Shown here: positions 56,090 to 63,882 of the stretch, piece by piece
Numbering within the stretch: position 1 is the stretch's first letter
How the letters are laid out: every line of letters begins with the position of its first letter
IMG/VR virus record: IMGVR_UViG_3300032311_001250
Span: 1 to 64,000 of that record
Direction: 5' to 3' (one strand)
From: a virus
DNA: 64,000 bases
The notes under the pieces: generated by a model
Seen by the model: only the letters and a program-made list of their open reading frames with translations
Told to the model about the DNA's origin: nothing
Database searches by the model: none
Program-made: the position numbers and the translations under genes

Positions 56090-56417
56090 GGATTTCCGCC
56101 GTGAATGTCTTTGGCTTCAGCTTGGCCGCCCGGCAAACTACGTACCCGGTGGGCTCCATTGCGCTTTCATGAAGTTCAAGGATGCCCTGATCGAGGAGGG
56201 CCTGAACAAACGGCTCATTTTCGCTCCAATGCTTGAGCCAGAACCAGCCACGCGGCGGCTGCGTATCAAGATCGACGCTTAGCCGACAGTACGGTTCATG
56301 CGTCACTGCAACCTCGCCGATGCACTTGCTTCCAACCTGATGCAAGACGATACGGTCTCCGTTGAACTCCACGGTTCGAAATGCCTCCGGTGGCAGCTCA
56401 GAAATCTTTTCCATCAT
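56079..56417 (-). CDS. Hypothetical phage protein (DUF4313-like)
   Basis: LSVDL...LKHWSENE...ALLDQGIL...TGYV. Confidence 0.55.
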   Translation of the reverse strand: MMEKISELPPEAFRTVEFNGDRIVLHQVGSKCIGEVAVTHEPYCRLSVDLDTQPPRGWFWLKHWSENEPFVQALLDQGILELHESAMEPTGYVVCRAAKLKPKTFTAEIHGA

Positions 56418-56714
56418 ACCCCACATATCAGATGCCCTCATGCTCACAGCAATTCCCCGCAGAGCATCCAACGCACGCGCACACATCGCACGCATCGAAT
56501 ACCGGGGGCTCAACCGGGTGCGGCTCCTCCACAAAGGCCAAGCTCATCACCCTTCTCCATTCGTGATGATCCGAGTTAAAGCAACTAAAGCCATCAGAGT
56601 TGCCGCACTCGCACGGAGCATTTGAGGAAAACCATAACGCGCTGCTCGGGCTTAACAGCCCAAGACGATACCGCTGCCAGGCCTGCTCGAGCGACCAGCG
56701 CATGTCGTCTCCGA

Positions 56715-56909
56715 TCATTGAATATTCCTCCCGACATCTACGTACAAAGCGACAAGACCAAAGAGTAGGAACAAGCCAGATAGCACGATGTTAAGGGGGT
56801 CCTTGGCGACAACGCCAGCCCACATCAAAAACGCTCCGCCTCCGATAATGACGAGATCCTCCGCAAACTCAAGCTTCATGTAACGCCTCCTGAATGTAAT
56901 GCTTGGCAA
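56715..56909 (-). CDS. Small two-TM membrane protein
   Basis: Two hydrophobic helices; AGGAGG RBS before the internal MKLEF, which is the likelier start. Confidence 0.55.
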   Translation of the reverse strand: MPSITFRRRYMKLEFAEDLVIIGGGAFLMWAGVVAKDPLNIVLSGLFLLFGLVALYVDVGRNIQ

Positions 56910-57195
56910 TCTCGTGCCATTCTACCTTAGGTAGATAGCTGCTGTAAATGGCATCAGCAGCCGGACCGCGCAAGTCGTCCTGGTTTAAATGGCCCAGATA
57001 CATTTCTTCGCAATACGTCTGTAGCCATTCTGCCAGCGAGCAGGTAGCTCCGGCGATGTCCATTTCCGTTTCGCCCGTAAAATCTTCAAGCTCTCGGTTT
57101 GCCTGACTCAAAATGCTCTCGTCATTGCTTTCTCCAATCCAGAGCGCCATGTTCCAAGTTTCCCAGTTTACCCAGCCGTTGTATTCACTGCACAT
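56869..57195 (-). CDS. Hypothetical acidic phage protein
   Basis: YNGWVNWETWNMALWI...VEWHEIA motif. Confidence 0.7.
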   Translation of the reverse strand: MCSEYNGWVNWETWNMALWIGESNDESILSQANRELEDFTGETEMDIAGATCSLAEWLQTYCEEMYLGHLNQDDLRGPAADAIYSSYLPKVEWHEIAKHYIQEALHEA

Positions 57196-57210
57196 GGTTA
57201 TCCTTCCCGC

Positions 57211-57768
57211 CTAGAACGGCAGATCTGTCCAGCTGCTGACCTTGTGGCCGCAGCACTCCGGAACCTTTGCAAAGTCGCCAATGCTTCGCTTATTCTTGAG
57301 CTCGACCATCATGCGCTCGCAGCAGAGGCTGCACTTGCATGACCTGCACAGGTAATCGTCGTTAGCAATCAGGCGATCCCAGTGCGCGACCTCCATTGAC
57401 GCCGCAGCTCCAAGCACCTCAATAAATGCCTTGTCTTCCGGGAGTACGCCGACATGGTCACGCCGCAGGAATACGGTGCATGACTGGCTAATGGCCTGTA
57501 GGCGCTGCTCAAGTGCTTTGATGATTTTATTGCGATATTCGATCTCGTTGCGCAGATCATCGATCTGGTAGCGTGCAGGCTTGCCGTGCGCACTGTTCCA
57601 GTATTCAAGATGCTCGCAGCACTTGTCTGACAAGCATCCGGCACACGCGCACAGCTGGCACGCATCCAGGGAAATCTTTGGAACCTTGGCAAGGTACTCA
57701 TCTCCCACTTCTTCGTCGTACCGAACGACCTCAATGTACTCAACTTTTGACTTCTTCTTGACCATCAT
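57211..57768 (-). CDS. Cys-rich coiled-coil hypothetical protein
   Basis: AAGGAG RBS; two Cys clusters. Confidence 0.6.
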   Translation of the reverse strand: MMVKKKSKVEYIEVVRYDEEVGDEYLAKVPKISLDACQLCACAGCLSDKCCEHLEYWNSAHGKPARYQIDDLRNEIEYRNKIIKALEQRLQAISQSCTVFLRRDHVGVLPEDKAFIEVLGAAASMEVAHWDRLIANDDYLCRSCKCSLCCERMMVELKNKRSIGDFAKVPECCGHKVSSWTDLPF

Positions 57769-57778
57769 TACTCCTTCT

Positions 57779-58192
57779 TTATCCTTCAAGCGGCAGCGTT
57801 GCCGTGAACTGCGGATCGTCGCCAAGCTCTGGCATATCTTCAACCCATGTCCAGTTCATTGAGCCAATATCATAGCGCCCACAGCACGGGGTTGCGGGAA
57901 TCTCCACAAGATCATCGTCAAACGAACGACCACCGCCACTCATGACAAACACATCATCACGGGCGTTATATGAGGCGAACTCCACTGCGTCGCCCTTGTC
58001 GTTGTGCTCGGCTGCGAGCAGGTGCGTATCCGCCGCAACGCGCAGGGCGGTCTGGAAATCAAAGGCCGGGCAGACCCAGCCGTTCCAGCGGTAATCGGTG
58101 CGGATGCGTGCGGTATACACGCCCATTGTGCCCTCGCCGAGGGTCACCTTAATCTCCGTGCTCGTTGCCGGATCGCAATGCTTGCAGCTCAT
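57779..58192 (-). CDS. Hypothetical phage protein
   Basis: RWNGWVCPAF...YDIGSMNWTW; preceded by a promoter cassette and GTAGGAGG RBS. Confidence 0.7.
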   Translation of the reverse strand: MSCKHCDPATSTEIKVTLGEGTMGVYTARIRTDYRWNGWVCPAFDFQTALRVAADTHLLAAEHNDKGDAVEFASYNARDDVFVMSGGGRSFDDDLVEIPATPCCGRYDIGSMNWTWVEDMPELGDDPQFTATLPLEG

Positions 58193-58197
58193 TTACT

Positions 58198-58264
58198 GCC
58201 TCCTACTACTAGGCGGGACATCCCCGCTAACTGCATCTTAAGGTATGGGGTATTAGGTTGTCAA
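58198..58264 (-). promoter_or_regulatory. Promoter-hairpin-RBS cassette
   Basis: TTGACA-N18-TAAGAT, hairpin GCGGG/CCCGC, GTAGGAGG. Confidence 0.75.
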
Positions 58265-58500
58265 ATCTTCCGCTTAAGCTCTTTGGCCATTTCGGTCACC
58301 GGATCGGGGTTGATCGGCCGAAGGAACTTAAACCGGGCAGCTTGCTCTAGCCGGTCGTCCAGAATCTCATCCAGGGAACGGCGCTCAGTGGCGGCTGCCG
58401 CCTGTTCGCACTCTGGGCTGCAGCACTTGCTTTCTGGCTGCTCATCCATGGTCTTACCGCAATAGAAACACCACGGGCGAAAGCATTCAGTCACGTTCAT
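58261..58500 (-). CDS. Small Zn-finger protein
   Basis: CFYC...CCSPEC. Confidence 0.55.
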   Translation of the reverse strand: MNVTECFRPWCFYCGKTMDEQPESKCCSPECEQAAAATERRSLDEILDDRLEQAARFKFLRPINPDPVTEMAKELKRKI

Positions 58501-58728
58501 CTATCGGATTCTCCTAATTTTCCAGCTGCGCGTGCCGTACGGACGGCGCATAATCCACCCATCATGCTCGAGCTTATTGACAGCACGCTGCACCGTACTC
58601 CGGCCGCAGTTCAGGATTTCGGTCATTTCCTGGAACGTCGGGGATCGATTCCAGGTATCCATGTATTCCCGCATGGCAATAAGCACCTCATCCGGGGTTG
58701 GGGCGCCCTCGGGTCGATTAGCCTTCAT
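58501..58728 (-). CDS. LexA-type winged-HTH DNA-binding protein (no peptidase domain)
   Basis: SPTFQEMTEILNCGRSTVQRAVNKLEHDGWIMRRPYGTRS. Confidence 0.8.
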   Translation of the reverse strand: MKANRPEGAPTPDEVLIAMREYMDTWNRSPTFQEMTEILNCGRSTVQRAVNKLEHDGWIMRRPYGTRSWKIRRIR

Positions 58729-59126
58729 CCTGCCACCGAATACGCGCGCATCTTGCGCATCCTGCTTGGGTGCCGGAGTGTCGTCAGGGCGGCGTTTTCG
58801 ATCTGGCGCACACGCTCTCGGCTCAGGTTGTACTTTTGTCCAACCTCTTCCATCGTCATTGGGCGGTTCAGGCCAATCCCGTAGCGCATAGAGAGGATGT
58901 CCCGGTCGCGTTCAGGCAGACTTTCGAGCATTTCGTGGATTAACCTTACCATATCGGATGTCAAACTCAGCTCTTCCGGAGATGGCTCCGGTGACTCAAT
59001 GAGATCCCCCAAGGTTGCTTCGTTGTCTTCCCCATAGGTTTTATCCAAGGACGACAGCGTGACCATATCGAGCATCGCTCTCATTTCCCGCACATCGTCG
59101 GCGGTAATGACCTTCTTTTTTGTCAT
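58725..59126 (-). CDS. Stand-alone RpoD-like sigma-70 region 3.2/4 protein
   Basis: SLDKTYGEDNEATLGDLI...LPERDRDILSMRYGI...TMEEVG...LSRERVRQIENAAL..LRHPSR; own AAGGAG RBS; no region 2. Confidence 0.88.
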   Translation of the reverse strand: MTKKKVITADDVREMRAMLDMVTLSSLDKTYGEDNEATLGDLIESPEPSPEELSLTSDMVRLIHEMLESLPERDRDILSMRYGIGLNRPMTMEEVGQKYNLSRERVRQIENAALTTLRHPSRMRKMRAYSVAG

Positions 59127-59326
59127 CGTCGCTTCTCCTTTCCTACTGTGTGCCACCGCTCTCGCTGGTAGGCTTTTCGCCGCTCAATTGCCTCCGAACT
59201 TCGGAGCTTTTTCCAATAGGGCTTTTCTTTTTCGCAGGCAATACACCGATCAGCCTCCGGAGTCTCATAAAACTCCGTATCCGGCGGCCACTGCTCGTTG
59301 CACCCCTTGCAGGTTTTTAGATTCAT
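59123..59326 (-). CDS. Small Zn-finger protein
   Basis: KTCKGC...FY...CIAC; overlaps the start of the sigma-4 gene. Confidence 0.55.
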   Translation of the reverse strand: MNLKTCKGCNEQWPPDTEFYETPEADRCIACEKEKPYWKKLRSSEAIERRKAYQRERWHTVGKEKRR

Positions 59327-59724
59327 CAGAACTCCCCACACGTCAGAGGCAGCTTGTCCAGTGTTTCTTTCCAGCGCCGCTCGACTCCCGCAATGTCGGC
59401 GGGGTTGGTGGCGAGCCACGGCCAGTCGGAGATCACGATAGCACGAGCTTTATTGGCACAGGGACTATCGGGGGCTCGGTCAAGCTCCGTCTGAAACTTC
59501 TCGATCTTCCCCTGCAAGTCCATGTACCAGTGCCAGTCGGGCTTCCACTCAATGGCCGGCCCCATGATGTACATACTCTCGTGCCAGTAGAAGACCTCGG
59601 AGTAAAGCTCCGTCAACTGGCTAGAGAATCGGGATGAGTCCGTCCCCTTGGCGGGGGTGTTGATCAGGATGGCTGCGGTGACTCCAAACCAGAGGCCCAA
59701 AAAAGCGGCAATCTTTAAAGCCAT
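59326..59724 (-). CDS. Exported hypothetical protein
   Basis: N-terminal signal or TM segment. Confidence 0.6.
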   Translation of the reverse strand: MALKIAAFLGLWFGVTAAILINTPAKGTDSSRFSSQLTELYSEVFYWHESMYIMGPAIEWKPDWHWYMDLQGKIEKFQTELDRAPDSPCANKARAIVISDWPWLATNPADIAGVERRWKETLDKLPLTCGEF

Positions 59725-59941
59725 ACTTATAACCCCTCTGGGGATGCCTTCCGACTTTCCCCTACTTTCTTGCCGGTCTGAGTTTCATACTTACCCTTGG
59801 CTTTTTGCATGCACTCCTTGCAGAGTCGGCTCCACCATCGATGTTCATTGATGTAATACCCAACGGAGTTTCCTCGGCACTCGTTACACGCATAGTACTT
59901 CAGGCTAGGCCGCCACATGATATAGGGCTCAATAGGCGCGC

Positions 59942-60130
59942 TCATCCGGGCATCCCGGCATACTTGCGGCGGTATACCTTTCGTCGCGCCTCTACGCACG
60001 GATCGCATAGTGGCACCGCACCGCCATCATCAAGCCAGACGGCGCGAGCCTTATCGTCGCAGTCGCGGCACTTCAGATCTGTCGTTGGGGTTTCGTCCTT
60101 GCGGATCACCATCGGCTCCATTAGCGGCAC
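59942..60130 (-). CDS. Small Zn-finger protein
   Basis: CRDC...LCDPC. Confidence 0.5.
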   Translation of the reverse strand: MPLMEPMVIRKDETPTTDLKCRDCDDKARAVWLDDGGAVPLCDPCVEARRKVYRRKYAGMPG

Positions 60131-60333
60131 CCGACGGCTACGGCCTCACCGGCAATGTCAATGCCATTTGGGGCAGGGTCGGGATAGACGGCAACATCAA
60201 CGCCGCACTTGGTGCAGATCGCAACGCTATGGGCGTTCCACCCGGTGCCGATGAGATGGGTGAACTTTCCGAGCTGGTGGCCGCGCATCTTGGCGGCCTT
60301 GCGTGCCTGCTTCCTAAGGTTTCGTGTTTTCAT
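60121..60333 (-). CDS. Small basic Zn-binding protein
   Basis: GTAGGAGG RBS; RGHQL...CTKC. Confidence 0.7.
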   Translation of the reverse strand: MKTRNLRKQARKAAKMRGHQLGKFTHLIGTGWNAHSVAICTKCGVDVAVYPDPAPNGIDIAGEAVAVGCR

Positions 60334-60393
60334 CTTAACCTCCTACTATGGTGCCGGGAGGCGGGGTAGGAGTCCCACCTCAACCGGCATAGA

Positions 60394-60502
60394 TGACACC
60401 ACCGGGTTATGGCGAACCGTCCTACTTCCGAAAGCAGAAGAACCACACAAGCTTTCGCTTACTCTTCTTTTCCCGGTTGATAGGTGTTCCCCGGTGATGC
60501 CA
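60394..60502 (-). ncRNA. Candidate 109-nt rod-shaped structured RNA with a GAAA tetraloop
   Basis: Six nested helices; begins at the predicted TSS of TTGACA-N18-TAGGCT (60508-60537). Confidence 0.6.
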
Positions 60503-60545
60503 AGAGGAGCCTAGCAGGCCTGATATTTGTCTGTCAAATTTCAGG

Positions 60546-60665
60546 TCAACGCCGTTTATTCTTGCGGCTTTCCTTGATCTCATACCGTGCTTGTTCAATG
60601 ATGATGAGCACCCCAATAGCAATCGCCACCGCCCATGCCCAATCTCCATAGCTCATGTGATTCAT
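60546..60665 (-). CDS. 39-aa single-TM peptide (not in the ORF track)
   Basis: MNHMSYGDWAWAVAIAIGVLIIIEQARYEIKESRKNKRR*; GGAGGGAG upstream. Confidence 0.5.
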   Translation of the reverse strand: MNHMSYGDWAWAVAIAIGVLIIIEQARYEIKESRKNKRR

Positions 60666-60933
60666 TGTTCATCTCCCTCCGGTCGATTACTGTATCACGT
60701 GGTTATTACATTTTGGCACTAAGGACTTCTACGCCAGTGAGCCTCGGGCTCGGCCCGAAAACGCCGAAGGCGGTTGAGCCGTGAGGCGAGGGTCACGGTG
60801 CCGTGAGGCAGGCGCCGTACAAGCTCCATAGGGATAGAGAACGACTAAGAGAACGTAGTAGGGAACAACGCCTTCATTCATGGCTAATTCTTCCTGTGCT
60901 GGGGACTACTTGCTCCTGCCTGTGCTATGACCA

Positions 60934-61260
60934 GTTATTCCCTGCGCTGGTACTTTGTTTGAGGTTGTGGCGTGTGGGTGGTGGTTTGGTGTCTGAAACG
61001 GGAAGATGATATTTGGCTGGTGGATTTGGGTGGTTGCCACGGCGGGGGGTTATTCCAGGCCGTTTATGCCCCTCTTCACAACCATCATATCTAAGGTTAT
61101 TCCAGCCCTTTTCCGCACGAGTTATTCCCCCAGCTCCAGTTATTCCGGGGTTATTCCAGGGTTATTCCGGAGTTATTACGGAGTTATTCAGGAATAATTA
61201 CGGCTTCTTAACCAAATCGACCCACAGGCAACGCGCTGGGCAGATTAAGGCTTCTTAACC
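60934..61260. repeat. Iteron-like GTTATTCC repeat array (putative origin or packaging site)
   Basis: Copies at 60934, 61049, 61096 and 61121, then 61139/61150/61161/61172/61183 (11-bp period); inverted copy at 61191; GGCTTCTTAACC direct repeat at 61202 and 61249. Confidence 0.8.
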
Positions 61261-61270
61261 TTCGCTGGGT

Positions 61271-61332
61271 TTGACAGCTGGCTCTCTATCCCCTATGGTG
61301 GTACTGCCCTCTTTGGGGTATGTAGTAGGAGG
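61271..61332 (+). promoter_or_regulatory. Promoter-hairpin-RBS cassette
   Basis: TTGACA-N17-TATGGT, hairpin TGCCCT-cttt-GGGGTA, GTAGGAGG. Confidence 0.75.
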
Positions 61333-61339
61333 TACCGGT

Positions 61340-61591
61340 ATGGCAACAGGCCAGAAGTACGAGAACGGAATGCTCGAGGGGTTCTTGGCCGCTCGGGGTG
61401 CCTATGCGTTTATGCAGGCACAGCAGACCCAGAATCCAGAGGCGATGCGGAGCTACCTTGATGCGTGCATTGCCTATGGGGATGCGCTCAGGATTTATCA
61501 GGCAGAAGGCGATGGCCCCGAGGTGCAGCGGCTTACCGGTGTCGGTATGGACGCGACCGACAAGGCGCACGAGCTTGAGAAGGCCTCATGA
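61340..61591 (+). CDS. Hypothetical early protein
   Basis: GTAGGAGG RBS before MATGQK. Confidence 0.7.
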   Translation: MATGQKYENGMLEGFLAARGAYAFMQAQQTQNPEAMRSYLDACIAYGDALRIYQAEGDGPEVQRLTGVGMDATDKAHELEKAS

Positions 61592-61908
61592 GCAACTTTA
61601 AGACCTATCTCCATAAGGGGTGCTCGGGGAAGTCCCGGGCGTCGAATGAATGGTGGGATGGCATCTACTTCTATGGGCTGCTTGAGGTCGTCTGCTCGAT
61701 TATGGGCGAAGGCGACAAGACGCAGATTGGCGTCGTCCAGAACCCGGAGGAGTACGCCTATCCGGAGATTACCGAGATTCGCTGCCACGACTGCGGTGAG
61801 AGCGTCCGGAAGGTCAGTATGCCGGCCTTGAAGCTTGAGACCCGCATCGGCCACGACCCAGAGTCGTATGGTCTGGTATACTGCGAATCTACCATTCAGC
61901 AGCCGTAG
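61588..61908 (+). CDS. Hypothetical Zn-binding protein
   Basis: ATGA overlap; HKGC...CHDC. Confidence 0.6.
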   Translation: MSNFKTYLHKGCSGKSRASNEWWDGIYFYGLLEVVCSIMGEGDKTQIGVVQNPEEYAYPEITEIRCHDCGESVRKVSMPALKLETRIGHDPESYGLVYCESTIQQP

Positions 61909-61979
61909 TAGTTAGGAGGGTTTATGGATAGCTTGTGGTTTTGGGTTATTTTCTTCCTCGTTTGCGGAGCCATCTTTTA

Positions 61980-62249
61980 ATGAAGGCGTGGGCAGTTCAG
62001 GCGTATCAGTACGATGCGGCCGTTCACTGCGTTGGATGCGCCAAGTCCCGGTTCGGCGAGGAGCTTGATTCATCGGCCGTGGATTCGGAGGGTAATCCCC
62101 CGTTCCCCATCTTTGCGTCAGATGACTTCTGCCCCTGCGGGGAGTGGTGCCTTTCTTGTGGCGCGGTTATTAGCGAGCCGTACAAGCATGAGCCGGGGAT
62201 GTGCTCTCGTGGCTTCGACAACTGCCGTCTGGTGGTTGTGAATGAGTGA
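61980..62249 (+). CDS. Cys-rich hypothetical protein
   Basis: AYQYDAAVHCVGC...DSEGNP...CLSC. Confidence 0.6.
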   Translation: MKAWAVQAYQYDAAVHCVGCAKSRFGEELDSSAVDSEGNPPFPIFASDDFCPCGEWCLSCGAVISEPYKHEPGMCSRGFDNCRLVVVNE

Positions 62250-62472
62250 GATGAGCGAACAGGAGATCCGGGAGAACTTTCAGATTATTTCGATTACGGT
62301 CAAGTGGACGGCGGAGGATATCCGTCGGCGCAGGCCGAACTGGTCAATCGAGGAGTGCGAACACTTCATCGACAGCTCCTATCCGGAGATTGCCGCTGAA
62401 GCGCAGGAGGCCGGCGACCGGATGATCGATTCAGTATTGGAGGCAATGGGAGATGAGCCGGAAACGAACTAG
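62242..62472 (+). CDS. Hypothetical acidic protein
   Basis: KWTAEDI...PNWSIEEC; overlapping packing. Confidence 0.6.
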   Translation: MSEMSEQEIRENFQIISITVKWTAEDIRRRRPNWSIEECEHFIDSSYPEIAAEAQEAGDRMIDSVLEAMGDEPETN

Positions 62473-62618
62473 CTCGTGGGAGTCAGGCAAGTGGCCAACC
62501 TGCCCGAATAACATCAGGCACACACTTGTACCAGATCCGAACGGCGCGTGGGTATGCGAGGAGTGTAAGGCCGCCCACAAGCCCAGGAGCAAGACACCAT
62601 TCCGGTTCGCCTTTGCGC

Positions 62619-62681
62619 TTGACAAGATGACATCAGAAGGAGATACTCAGTAGTACGGCAGTTGCCGTGTAGTGTAGGAGG
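62619..62681 (+). promoter_or_regulatory. Promoter-hairpin-RBS cassette
   Basis: TTGACA-N17-GATACT, palindrome ACGGCAGTTGCCGT (62655-62668), GTAGGAGG. Confidence 0.8.
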
Positions 62682-62686
62682 AAATT

Positions 62687-62956
62687 ATGGCAGTCGATCA
62701 TGACGCACTGGTGAAGGAGCGCGAGAAGCTTCTGCCAGAGGATCGGGAAGTTCATTACATCATCAGTGAGATGCTTGAGCCGCTGCGCGGCGCGCGGATT
62801 ATTGGTGGCCGGGTTGAGGAAAGCGACGATTATTTCCCACCATTCCCGGTTCTTATTATTGAGGACATTCACGGCGACAAGTTCGAGGTGATTGTCTCGG
62901 CGGACGACGAGATGAACGGCGGCGGTCGTCTTATCTTTCAGGTCGCCGATAGGTGA
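62687..62956 (+). CDS. Hypothetical acidic protein
   Basis: Strong RBS; VSADDEMNGGGRL. Confidence 0.7.
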   Translation: MAVDHDALVKEREKLLPEDREVHYIISEMLEPLRGARIIGGRVEESDDYFPPFPVLIIEDIHGDKFEVIVSADDEMNGGGRLIFQVADR

Positions 62957-63020
62957 TTGACAAGTTGCGACCGACCATTTAGTATCGTTAGCACGGCAGT
63001 TGCCGTATTGTTGTAGGAGG
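62957..63020 (+). promoter_or_regulatory. Promoter-hairpin-RBS cassette
   Basis: TTGACA-N17-TAGTAT, identical palindrome ACGGCAGTTGCCGT (62993-63006), GTAGGAGG. Confidence 0.8.
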
Positions 63021-63024
63021 CAGT

Positions 63025-63591
63025 ATGGATAAGTTCAGGACACGAATCGAGCAGGACACAGCCGACGGCTACGATGTCCTTGGCGACCGCGCAGGTCAGT
63101 TCTATACCGGAGAGAAGGCCGCAAACTACGGCTTCCCGTGGGATGTCAAGCTTCCGGTCAATGACGAGAATGTCGCCACTTTCGCGCCACCGGCAGACGC
63201 GGTGTATGTCAGCAAGGTCTACGGATTCTCACACTCTGGCATGAGCATCAGTCTTACGCCGTTCACGGATAAGTGGGATTCCGCGCAGATTGGGTTCTAT
63301 GTGATTGAGAAGGATCAGGCGAAGTTCTGGCTCGGTGATTCGTATACCGAGGAGGAGCTTGCGGCGAAGGCCGAGGCCGAGATTAGCGTCGTAGACTCCG
63401 TGCTTCGTGGCGAGGTCTATTGCGTCATCTTGGAGAAGTCCGTCGATTGCGGCACAGCAGGACACGAGAACACTTGGGAGGTAGAGGAGTCGTTGGGCGG
63501 CATCATTGGCTACGACCAAGCAGAAGCCGAGGCCGACGCAATGATTCGCTACAAGAAGGGCATCGTGGACTATGAGGGGGAGCGAGTATGA
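63025..63591 (+). CDS. Hypothetical acidic phage protein
   Basis: Strong RBS; HSGMSISL...WDSAQIG...GEVY...ESLGG pattern. Confidence 0.75.
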   Translation: MDKFRTRIEQDTADGYDVLGDRAGQFYTGEKAANYGFPWDVKLPVNDENVATFAPPADAVYVSKVYGFSHSGMSISLTPFTDKWDSAQIGFYVIEKDQAKFWLGDSYTEEELAAKAEAEISVVDSVLRGEVYCVILEKSVDCGTAGHENTWEVEESLGGIIGYDQAEAEADAMIRYKKGIVDYEGERV

Positions 63592-63839
63592 GCGGTCAGA
63601 TGGATAAGTGTATTGCGTGTGGCGCAGTGGTGTTCTACGACGACGAGAAGCTCGTCGGTACTTGGAACGGCATGCCATTCGACCGGTTTGATGTGCTTGA
63701 GCCGGAGCATTATGCCGAGGGTGTACCAGAAGGGTATCTGGTGTATTGCTTGGACTGCGCTCCGTGCGAGTGTGGCGACCACGAGCGGTTCGCCCCCCAC
63801 CGAGCTTCGGAGATTGACAAGGGGAACGCAGGGGTATAG
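63588..63839 (+). CDS. Small Zn-finger protein
   Basis: ATGA overlap; CIAC...CLDC. Confidence 0.55.
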   Translation: MSGQMDKCIACGAVVFYDDEKLVGTWNGMPFDRFDVLEPEHYAEGVPEGYLVYCLDCAPCECGDHERFAPHRASEIDKGNAGV

Positions 63840-63878
63840 TATTGTCGTGCTCCACTTGGAGTGAGGAAGTGTAGGAGG
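63814..63878 (+). promoter_or_regulatory. Promoter-hairpin-RBS cassette
   Basis: TTGACA-N17-TAGTAT, hairpin CTCCA-ct-TGGAG, GTAGGAGG. Confidence 0.75.
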
Positions 63879-63882
63879 AAGT

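Noticed and set aside
60394-60502. SRP RNA or 6S RNA
   Set aside because: It lacks the SRP CAGG...GNRA...AGCAG motif, and it is too short and lacks the central bubble of 6S.
60422-60649. 75-aa - strand ORF
   Set aside because: It has no RBS and runs across a consensus promoter and the structured RNA; a 39-aa TM ORF in another frame fits better.
61006-61258. Short ORFs over the GTTATTCC array, and a possible CRISPR array
   Set aside because: The translations merely reflect the repeats; the 8-11 bp units have no spacers and there are no cas genes.
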